Assembly: GCA_016867455.1 (NCBI GenBank)
Contig: VGJJ01000001.1
Span: 3,337-67,336 of the forward strand
DNA from: Candidatus Iainarchaeum sp.
GTDB lineage: Archaea; Iainarchaeota; Iainarchaeia; Iainarchaeales; VGJJ01
Direction: 5' to 3'
Length of the DNA: 64,000 nucleotides
Shown here: positions 1-8,033 of the stretch, one piece after another
Position numbering within the stretch: the first letter of the stretch is position 1
Layout of the letters: every line of letters begins with the position of its first letter
The notes under the pieces: model-generated
The model's database searches: none
What the model was told of the DNA's origin: nothing
Seen by the model: only the letters and a program-made list of their open reading frames with translations
Program-made: the position numbers and the translations under genes

Positions 1-312
1 GATGATTTGATTAATTGGACGCCTATCCAAAAAATAAAAGCATTGGATTTGCCATTTGGCCAAGCAGGGGAACCGAATTGTTTAGGCAGTTGGGTTTCCG
101 GCGCAACATTCAACATGTATCCTTCTCTTATCGACCATTCCGCCACCACGATTAATTTTGAAGATAGTGGGCAAACCCCTCATTTGTATTGGACGCGCAT
201 CAACAACTATTTGGGCGCGGGAAATCCAAATGGAAATGACCGTGATTTGGTTCGACAACAGGTAACATTGTGCTTGGAAAACGACCCCGAATATCCTAAT
301 TGCACTCCTTGA
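1..312 (+). CDS. 5'-truncated hypothetical protein, possibly the C-terminus of a secreted beta-propeller/glycosidase-like protein
   Basis: Open frame from the window edge (DDLINWTP...YPSLIDH...LYWTRIN...RDLVRQQV) to TGA at 310-312; DLxxW resembles an Asp-box-like blade end. Confidence 0.45.
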   Translation, partial: DDLINWTPIQKIKALDLPFGQAGEPNCLGSWVSGATFNMYPSLIDHSATTINFEDSGQTPHLYWTRINNYLGAGNPNGNDRDLVRQQVTLCLENDPEYPNCTP

Positions 313-354
313 AATAATACAGCAAATTATTTTCAGAGCAGAAAAAATAATTAA

Positions 355-1860
355 TCAAGTACAGGTGCTTCCCGCGCATGTTTTGAGATACGTTACACGG
401 TTGTGGAATTGTTGAATGAGTGAAGAATAACACGGGTTCGCGTGCTGGCTTTCCAACAAATACGGGTCCCCCACGGGTCGGCATGAATCCGGGGTCAATG
501 CGAATAATTCTTTTTCGTCCACCACCCCATCATTCGTGTAATCGTATTCCGTGTACAAGTATTCTCGTCCCGTGGACACGTTATAGGTTCGCAGTCCGCG
601 ATAATAATTCACGAGAGGGTTTTCCGTGAGAATATCTGAACGCCAAGACGTGGTTCCGGTTGGATTAGTCAACAAAGGAACAAGCGAGCGGCCGTCTTGC
701 AGCAACCCGGGAGTAGCGGATGCCCATTCCAAAAATGTAGGAGTCAAGTCCACATTCATCACGAGTTCGGGAACAATTTTTCCTTTAGGAATACTTGGTC
801 CACTCATGATTAATGGTACGCGCAAGGATTCATACGCCAAGAATTTTCCACTTTTACGATGCTCTCCCAGCATGAATCCATTATCGCTCGTGAAAACAAC
901 AATGGTGTTGCCATATTGTCCCGTGGCTCGCAGGGTTTGGAGTATTTTTCCCACTCCCTCATCCACGGCTAACAAGCTTTCCATGCGGTGTTCATAATTA
1001 TTTTTTACTTCCGCAATATCTTGCGACGTGAGTGGGGGCAGGTAGCTGATGAAAATAGCTTTGTCGGAGACATCGGCTTCATTAAATGCAGGAGACATGG
1101 GCAATGATGACCCGGACATAAGCCCTTGATGTCTCGGCGCCGCGGGAGGGGGATTGTTTCCCATGCTCAAATCTTCATGCGGCGCTAAATAATCCACTTG
1201 CATGAAGAAGGGTTGATTCTCATACGGTCGCTGCGTCAAATAATCCTGGGCTTGCCGCGTGATTACATCCGTTTGATAATCACTCGCACTCGAACCATAA
1301 GTCACAACATTCGTCCCATCATACACGGAATAATTGTAATACTTGTGCATGTTCCCAAACGTCGTGAACCACTTATTCCATCCCGCAGGGGGAGCATGAT
1401 AGCTTCCACTCGGATCGAGGACAACGTTATACCCATTCATGTATTTTCCCAAGTGCATCGTATAATATCCCGCTTGTCCTAACCATATGGGGAGCGTGTT
1501 CGTGTGATTCAATTTGGCATAGCCTCCCGTGCTTCCTCCATTCGATAACACGGTGTGGTTGTGCGCGTATTGTCCCGTGAGGGTGGTTGCTCGTGAGGGG
1601 CAACATAGAGGGAATGACACGTAGGAGCGGTCAAAATAGGTTCCCCTGCGCATGATGAGTTCGCGCACGTTTTTCATGACCGGCCTTCCGTTGGGAAGTT
1701 TATCAAAAAATGTTTGAAAATCCTGGTCATCCGTGCGAATGAAAACAATGTTAGGCTGCGTCGCCGAGGAAGGGGGTAAACTATTCGCGGATGACACGTT
1801 GGCCAAAATAATAATCGTTAACAATCCCAATCCAATTACCGTATAGAGTGCACGATTCAT
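355..1860 (-). CDS. Secreted sulfatase (N-acetylglucosamine-6-sulfatase-like)
   Basis: N-terminal signal/TM segment; PNIVFIRTDDQ; formylglycine motif CCPSRATTLTGQYAHNH; GKYMN; APH; FTSDNG..GEH; NVDLTPT. Confidence 0.92.
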   Translation of the reverse strand: MNRALYTVIGLGLLTIIILANVSSANSLPPSSATQPNIVFIRTDDQDFQTFFDKLPNGRPVMKNVRELIMRRGTYFDRSYVSFPLCCPSRATTLTGQYAHNHTVLSNGGSTGGYAKLNHTNTLPIWLGQAGYYTMHLGKYMNGYNVVLDPSGSYHAPPAGWNKWFTTFGNMHKYYNYSVYDGTNVVTYGSSASDYQTDVITRQAQDYLTQRPYENQPFFMQVDYLAPHEDLSMGNNPPPAAPRHQGLMSGSSLPMSPAFNEADVSDKAIFISYLPPLTSQDIAEVKNNYEHRMESLLAVDEGVGKILQTLRATGQYGNTIVVFTSDNGFMLGEHRKSGKFLAYESLRVPLIMSGPSIPKGKIVPELVMNVDLTPTFLEWASATPGLLQDGRSLVPLLTNPTGTTSWRSDILTENPLVNYYRGLRTYNVSTGREYLYTEYDYTNDGVVDEKELFALTPDSCRPVGDPYLLESQHANPCYSSLIQQFHNRVTYLKTCAGSTCT

Positions 1861-1864
1861 CCCA

Positions 1865-3058
1865 TCACTTCCGTTTGGTCTTCAATTCCCTCATTATTTT
1901 TTGGGCTTCTTTCCTCGCCCACGCGTCCGCGTGCAACACATCCTCAAAGGAAGGGTGTTTGTTATTTTTATGACGCGAAACAACTTCGCGTATGGTGCGT
2001 TGAATATCCAAAAATTCAATTTCATTTTTCAAAAATGATTCCACGCACGTGTCATTGGCTGCGTTTAACACGCAGCAAACGGTTCCTTTTTCTCGCGCCG
2101 CATCTAATCCCATTTGCAAACAATCAAATGTTTTCACGTCCGGTTGTTCGAATGTGAATTGTTTTGCTTTCACAAAATCAAATGGAGGAACGTTGAGTTT
2201 GATATGCGAAGGGTGTGTGAGTGCATACTGTATAGGAATCCTCATGTCGTGATGACCCACTTGGGCCATAATACTTCCGTCTGTGAATTCGACCATGGAG
2301 TGAATAATGGATTGGGGGTGAACCACCACATCAATTTTTTCGGCGGGAATATCATACAGCCACATGGCTTCATTGACTTCAAATCCTTTGTTCATAAGGG
2401 TAGCGGAATCAATCGTAATTTTTCCACCCATTTTCCAGGTGGGGTGGTTCAATGCTTGTTCACGTGTCACGCCTTCCAATTGGTTGAGCGTTTTTCCGCG
2501 GAAGGGGCCGCCGGAGCACGTGATAATGAGTCGCGTGACTTCATTCACGTTTTCTCCTTTCAAGCATTGAAAAATAGCCGAGTGTTCCGAATCAATGGGA
2601 GTCAAATCAATATGGTGTTTTTTTACGAGAGGCATGACGACCGCGCCCGCACTCACGAGCGTTTCCTTGTTGGCAAGTGCAATTTTTTTGCGCGCGTGAA
2701 TGGCTTCAATCGTGGGTTTCATTCCAATATTCCCCACTAATGCTTGAACAATCGTATCCGCGTTTTCCCATCGCGCGGCTTCATTCAATCCAGCGTATCC
2801 GGAAAGGACGTGCACGCTTCCCTTCATTTTTTTCTTCAACGCATCCGCTTTCGTTTCATCCACTAAGCACACGGCTTCAGGACGGTATTGGTGGACTTGT
2901 TTCTCCAATAATTCCATCGAACCATTCGCGGTGAGGACTTTCACACTAAACTCGTTGGGGTGTTGGTCCACAATATCCAATGTTTGCGTACCAATGCTTC
3001 CGGTGCTTCCTAAGATAGCTAATCGTTGATGGGGACGGGAGGGCATGAGCATAATCAT
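1865..3058 (-). CDS. dxr: 1-deoxy-D-xylulose-5-phosphate reductoisomerase
   Basis: ILGSTGSIGTQTL, ALANKETL, PIDSEHSAIFQ, SGGPFR, HPTWKMGGKITIDSATLMNKGFE, HPQSIIHS, DMRIPIQYAL; true start may be a few codons downstream. Confidence 0.97.
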   Translation of the reverse strand: MIMLMPSRPHQRLAILGSTGSIGTQTLDIVDQHPNEFSVKVLTANGSMELLEKQVHQYRPEAVCLVDETKADALKKKMKGSVHVLSGYAGLNEAARWENADTIVQALVGNIGMKPTIEAIHARKKIALANKETLVSAGAVVMPLVKKHHIDLTPIDSEHSAIFQCLKGENVNEVTRLIITCSGGPFRGKTLNQLEGVTREQALNHPTWKMGGKITIDSATLMNKGFEVNEAMWLYDIPAEKIDVVVHPQSIIHSMVEFTDGSIMAQVGHHDMRIPIQYALTHPSHIKLNVPPFDFVKAKQFTFEQPDVKTFDCLQMGLDAAREKGTVCCVLNAANDTCVESFLKNEIEFLDIQRTIREVVSRHKNNKHPSFEDVLHADAWARKEAQKIMRELKTKRK

Positions 3059-3223
3059 TCATGGATTGGGTTAAATATCCTCTCCCACCCCCTAAAATGA
3101 AAAAATGATGCATACAATCTACAATTGACGTAATTACCCTTGTTGCGCGTCAAAAATAACGATTGTTTTTTATGCGATTTCCAAATGAAGTAAATCATTC
3201 GACCATTTTTGGAGGATTTTTTC

Positions 3224-4237
3224 ATGAAGATTGAACTCGCTCGCGCCGCTGGTTTTTGTTTTGGAGTCAAACGCAGCGTAAAACTTTCTCATGAGACACT
3301 CGACCAGGGTCCCGCATTCTTGTATGGGATGCCCGTGCACAATCAGCGAGTTGTCCAGAAAATCATTGACCACGGCGGAAAACTCGTGGAAGACAATCCC
3401 TACGCCGCGTCCAAAATTTCTCGCTTTACTCATTTGAATTCCATGGATGAAATTCCGGCAGGAAGCACCGTCCTCATGCGTGCGCACGGTGTTACCGTAC
3501 AAGCATTGGAAAAAGCCAAAGAAAAAGAGTTGAAAATCGTCGACACCACCTGCCCATTCGTGACCATGGTTCACAAGACCGCAAAAGTATTGTTTGATGA
3601 AAAATACCAAGTCATTATTGTGGGCGAACATGGTCATCCGGAAGTGGAAGGAATCAAAAGTTATGCCCCCAACGCGATTGTAGTGGAAAATGCGGAAGAA
3701 GCCAGCAAATTATTCCCGCGAAAAACACAATACTACACGAATGATGAACTCATGAAAGCTAAAACCGACGCGGAAGTAGTGGAAAAATTACATTATCCCG
3801 TGTTAACGAAGATTGGAATTGTTTCCCAAACCACCCAATCAAACGACAATGTGCAAGCCGTGGCCATGGCGGTCATGGGTAAAGCTCGTGAAGTAAGAGT
3901 GTACAACACTATTTGCAATGCCATGCATGAAATGCAGCCCGGTGCGGTGCAGCTTTCCACTCAAGTTAATGTCATGCTCATTATTGGGGGAAGAAATAGT
4001 GGAAACACCAAAAGACAGGCCGAATTGTGCGCGCAGCAGACGAAAACACACTGGATTGAATCCGCGGACGAGTTGAAACCCGAATGGTTTACGAATGTAA
4101 AACACGTGGGAATAGGCGCTGGCGCCAGTACACCGGATGAAGACATTGAAGACGTGATTGCGTGGTTGAAAAAATACGACAAGGAAACGAATCACGTTGA
4201 GAGTGAAATCATCCGCCCTGCGTACGTGGTGCATTGA
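3224..4237 (+). CDS. ispH: 4-hydroxy-3-methylbut-2-enyl diphosphate reductase (IspH/LytB)
   Basis: GFCFGV, VHN, RAHG, DTTCPFV, GHPEV, SQTT, NTICNA, GGRNSGNT, AGASTP; three Fe-S cysteines; ATG at 3224 preferred over the upstream TTG. Confidence 0.95.
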   Translation: MKIELARAAGFCFGVKRSVKLSHETLDQGPAFLYGMPVHNQRVVQKIIDHGGKLVEDNPYAASKISRFTHLNSMDEIPAGSTVLMRAHGVTVQALEKAKEKELKIVDTTCPFVTMVHKTAKVLFDEKYQVIIVGEHGHPEVEGIKSYAPNAIVVENAEEASKLFPRKTQYYTNDELMKAKTDAEVVEKLHYPVLTKIGIVSQTTQSNDNVQAVAMAVMGKAREVRVYNTICNAMHEMQPGAVQLSTQVNVMLIIGGRNSGNTKRQAELCAQQTKTHWIESADELKPEWFTNVKHVGIGAGASTPDEDIEDVIAWLKKYDKETNHVESEIIRPAYVVH

Positions 4238-4251
4238 AGAAGGTAAATTCC

Positions 4252-5142
4252 ATGCCTTCCTCGCTCACTCTTTCTTCTCCCGCTAAACTCACGCTGGTAC
4301 TGGATATTATCCGCAAGCGCGAGGATGGTTATCATGAAGTCGAATTAGTGCTGCAGGAATTGGCCATCCACGACACGATAACCATTGAAGCGCTTCCTCA
4401 TTCCAGTGAAATTATTCTCTCATGCACAGACGCAAGCGTTCCCTTGAATGAGAAAAACTCGTGCCACAAAGCAACCATTCTGATGCAAAATGAATTCGCC
4501 AGCCAAAATCCTGGCAAACCTATTCAGGGAGTGAAAATTCATATTGATAAAAAAATTCCTTCCGCGGGAGGATTAGGTGGGGGAAGTTCTAACTCGGCAA
4601 CGGTTTTGAAAGGGTTGAATGAGTTGTGGCAATTGAACTTGTCCAAGAATGTTCTCAAAAATTTGGGGGCGAAGATTGGTTCCGATGAAGTATTTTTGAT
4701 TGAAGGGGGAACGTGCATTGGTTTAGGTCGCGGAGAAATCGTTGAGCCTATTGAAAAATGTCCGCGTCTTGAACTCGCTATTATTACTCCCCCTGTCAAG
4801 GTTCCTGAGAAAAAAAGTGCGTGGGTATATGGTCATTTTGACGTGAACAAAGTTTCCCATCATTATTCGATACACGAAATGAGGAAAGCCATTCGATCGA
4901 ATGATCCTCAAAAAGTGGCCGAAAAAATGGGGAATGTTTTTGAAACACTTGAACTACTGGAGTACGCGGTCGTGTTTGCCCTCATTGAAGGGTTGAAGCA
5001 AATGTCGGGCGTCCGGACGAGTATGCTCGCCGGCGCCGGACCCACCGTGGTATGCGTGTGCGACTCTCAACGGACGGCGAGTCAAATCATTGAACCTTTC
5101 CGCGCGCGCGGGTGGGTGGCATTTACCACACACACGGTTTAG
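4252..5142 (+). CDS. ispE: 4-diphosphocytidyl-2-C-methyl-D-erythritol kinase
   Basis: SPAKLTLVLDI..KREDGYHE, KKIPSAGGLGGGSSNSA (GHMP ATP loop), IGSD, GRGE, AGAGPT; adjacent to ispH. Confidence 0.93.
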   Translation: MPSSLTLSSPAKLTLVLDIIRKREDGYHEVELVLQELAIHDTITIEALPHSSEIILSCTDASVPLNEKNSCHKATILMQNEFASQNPGKPIQGVKIHIDKKIPSAGGLGGGSSNSATVLKGLNELWQLNLSKNVLKNLGAKIGSDEVFLIEGGTCIGLGRGEIVEPIEKCPRLELAIITPPVKVPEKKSAWVYGHFDVNKVSHHYSIHEMRKAIRSNDPQKVAEKMGNVFETLELLEYAVVFALIEGLKQMSGVRTSMLAGAGPTVVCVCDSQRTASQIIEPFRARGWVAFTTHTV

Positions 5143-5150
5143 GAATTAGA

Positions 5151-5675
5151 CTAGCTCAATCCCAGCGCGTGCATGATGGCATTAATCACCGTCATAATCC
5201 ACGTCACGATGTTGGCGATGAACACGGCGAATTCTCCTCCGCCACCTTGCACCGCGGAGTAGGTTAGTTTTCCTGAGTTCACGGCTTGAATAAATGCGTT
5301 TGAAATATTTTCACTCTGCGCGATTCCCAGGATGGTGGCTTCATCTGTTGTAATGACCATACTCGGATTCGTGGGCGCGTATCGTGTAAAGGAAACAATT
5401 TCATTGTTGCTCAACACTACTCCCAGTGTTTCCGACACCCCATCATTCCTCGTCAAATTGACTTGCACGCGCTGATTTCCAAAAATAGCTTTTACGGGAG
5501 CGGGCAATTCAGAAAATTGCTGCGATGCAAATGAGAGTTGTCCCTGCACCTCGGGCAAAAGATTTCCGCTCGCATCAAATGACGCATCCAAAAATTGCGA
5601 AGCATTAATGGGTTGAGCGTGCGTTGATATAGAAAATAAGAAAACAAAAATAAATCCCATGAGAAGTGATTTCAT
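5151..5675 (-). CDS. Secreted/membrane-anchored hypothetical protein, SCP2-like fold suspected; paralog of 12481-12993
   Basis: Signal peptide, C-terminal hydrophobic helix; visible similarity FDASGNL...PVKAIFGNQRVQVN...GVV...SFT...DEAT...GKL. Confidence 0.6.
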   Translation of the reverse strand: MKSLLMGFIFVFLFSISTHAQPINASQFLDASFDASGNLLPEVQGQLSFASQQFSELPAPVKAIFGNQRVQVNLTRNDGVSETLGVVLSNNEIVSFTRYAPTNPSMVITTDEATILGIAQSENISNAFIQAVNSGKLTYSAVQGGGGEFAVFIANIVTWIMTVINAIMHALGLS

Positions 5676-5712
5676 TTAGACTTTTCTCATTTCATTTATT
5701 TAAAGCCATTCT

Positions 5713-7176
5713 TCAGCGGGAACGAATACTCAGTTGTTCCCCCACTTTTTGGTCGAACATGGACAAGAATGCCGGGGCCTGTTCTACTTCTAACCGGCAT
5801 CCGGCCGCGATGCGATGACCCCCTCCTTCGGCGGTTTTTCCTAATGCTACGCACGTTTCCTTTAACGCCGCGCCCAAATTCACTCCATTGCGTACGAGTT
5901 CACTCGTCGCGCGCGCACTGACTTTAATGCTCCCATCCTCATGCCTGGAAAACGCTACAATAGGTTTGTCGGTTTTGACGCCGCCACTTCCGTATAACAT
6001 TCCCGCGACGATTCCCACAATGGAATCCTTTATTTTATTCTCCGCGTCAAAAAAATAATAATTTTCATACTCGCGCAATCCTTCCGTCTGCATGAGTTGA
6101 ATTCCTTCCGCCAAATTGCGCCGGTGTTCTTGCAACAATCCCATGGCACGTGCATAATAGTCTTCGCGGTCTCCTAAACACACGTGGAAACCAATGGTTG
6201 ATTGTCCATTTCGTCCGCACGCGTTTAATACGGTGGAATATTCTTTGGCATCCCTCAATGGAGAATACGGATTTTCCCGCGTGAGCGTGTACACTTCCCC
6301 AATGAGTTCATTCAATTTCCATTCCGGCGTGTTGTGCTCGTGCAAGTGCATCAGTATCGCGGTGGAGAGTGTTTTTTTCTCACTCGCATTCAAATCTTCA
6401 TACGCTCGCCATTTCCCACTTTCGTCTTGCAGGGGAATGTCCAAGTTTTCCAAGAATTTGATGCAATTATCTTTGTTGGCTGTCAAATTGGGGAGAATGG
6501 GGCTTGTGGAAAAAGTTAGATACTGCGCCAGGGGACGAGAGATGCGTCCATATAATCGCAAGTCCGTTTTCACGCGCAACACGTCGGCATCCACTCCTTC
6601 CTGCACCATTTGTTGATTCAATCCCAGCAATCCATTTGAACGGGAGTCCTGCATGTCCCCGCACGCGCCCACTACTCCAATGGAGGCGAGTTCCTTGTTT
6701 TTGCGGGAAATAGCTTTCGCAGTATAATAGGCAATTCCCGCACTGGAAATTTCGACTCCCCCATCTAAACCAAATTCCATGGGATTGAGGTGTTGATCAT
6801 GGGCACCGTTTCCCCGCTGATGATGATCAATAATGTAGAATTCGTTTCCGTATTCGCTTTTGAGCGTGGGAATGTAGCTCGAACCAAAGTCGGTGAAGAT
6901 GAGAGTAGCGTGCATATTTTTGAGTCGCGAAATATCCTCCGTGTATAATTGCTTGAGCGTCACTGTGTTTACCTCAATTTGCTCCCGCTGCAGGGCTTTT
7001 ACCATGATGCTCCCGCTCGTTAAACCATCACAATCATGGTGGGTCACCACCACGGCTTTGTCTAATATGCGCAACTTTTCCGCGCATGCGTCAATGCGCT
7101 CAAAAAATGCTTTAACCGCTTCATCGCGCCCTTCTTTGGAAACAAGGGCATTCAATTCCTGCACGCTTCCGCCCAT
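5713..7176 (-). CDS. Archaeal RecJ-like DHH/DHHA1 phosphoesterase (GAN/Cdc45-related family)
   Basis: HHDCDGLTS, FTDFGS, IIDHH, GACGDMQ, LNACGR, KVSAR, GGGHRIAAG. Confidence 0.9.
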   Translation of the reverse strand: MGGSVQELNALVSKEGRDEAVKAFFERIDACAEKLRILDKAVVVTHHDCDGLTSGSIMVKALQREQIEVNTVTLKQLYTEDISRLKNMHATLIFTDFGSSYIPTLKSEYGNEFYIIDHHQRGNGAHDQHLNPMEFGLDGGVEISSAGIAYYTAKAISRKNKELASIGVVGACGDMQDSRSNGLLGLNQQMVQEGVDADVLRVKTDLRLYGRISRPLAQYLTFSTSPILPNLTANKDNCIKFLENLDIPLQDESGKWRAYEDLNASEKKTLSTAILMHLHEHNTPEWKLNELIGEVYTLTRENPYSPLRDAKEYSTVLNACGRNGQSTIGFHVCLGDREDYYARAMGLLQEHRRNLAEGIQLMQTEGLREYENYYFFDAENKIKDSIVGIVAGMLYGSGGVKTDKPIVAFSRHEDGSIKVSARATSELVRNGVNLGAALKETCVALGKTAEGGGHRIAAGCRLEVEQAPAFLSMFDQKVGEQLSIRSR

Positions 7177-7285
7177 ACGTTAAACATATGGCAAAAGTCA
7201 CTTTTAAGGGTGCGGTAGGCATTTTTCCGTGAAAATCAAGTTTGAGTCAAATTGGGTTTATATTCCACGAAAATTTGATGAAAGT

Positions 7286-7996
7286 ATGAATCATCGCTCC
7301 CTGGCGTTCACCCTGCTCGTGTGCGCCATGCTTGTGTCCATTGCTTTCGGATTATTTGTCGCCCAATCCGCGGAACGACCCTCCCCTACAGGAGAAGTGA
7401 GCCAGTCCCCCTACATCTATCTCATTTTCACTATTCTCTTGTTCACCATGGGCTTCCTCTTGAGTAAAGTTCTCGCGGGGGAAAATTCAAAGTTTTCATT
7501 TGCTGCTTTTCTTAACGTGTGTTTTGCCGCCTTGTTGATTAGTGGCCTTGCCCATGAATTCGTGCACATTCTCCTCATCAATCACCCCGTGCAAATGCGC
7601 TTCCACTTTGGTGATTCGAATGCTATTTTTTCCACGTGTTGTTTGTCCCCCGGAGAAGCACCCTATGAAGAAGTAGCGTATGCTATTCAATTCATGGTCC
7701 TTATTTTGTGGATATTTTTCAGTCGACACACATTCTACAATGGCCGCTTCCGCGAATTATGGAAATATAATTTCACTAAAAATGATTCTAAATTTATTCC
7801 CGCAAAGAATACGAAGAAAAAAAATATACCCGCCAAAAAAACAAGCGAATGGGATGAAGAAGACTTGGAGCGCGAGTGGAATGAACACAAAACGGCGATG
7901 GAGAACAACCTTTCTCGCAAAACAAAACCCGCTCAACGAGGAAAGCAAAGCGATTTAGAAGACGATGTTCAAAAGATTGGCCGATTAAAAGTTTAA
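7286..7996 (+). CDS. Membrane protein with HExxH motif (possible Zn metalloprotease) and charged C-terminal tail
   Basis: About 4 TM segments, AHEFVH within/after a TM helix, downstream YEE; ATG at 7286. Confidence 0.55.
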   Translation: MNHRSLAFTLLVCAMLVSIAFGLFVAQSAERPSPTGEVSQSPYIYLIFTILLFTMGFLLSKVLAGENSKFSFAAFLNVCFAALLISGLAHEFVHILLINHPVQMRFHFGDSNAIFSTCCLSPGEAPYEEVAYAIQFMVLILWIFFSRHTFYNGRFRELWKYNFTKNDSKFIPAKNTKKKNIPAKKTSEWDEEDLEREWNEHKTAMENNLSRKTKPAQRGKQSDLEDDVQKIGRLKV

Positions 7997-8033
7997 AAAA
8001 AATAGTAATCAGCAAAGACGACTAAAAAAATGA

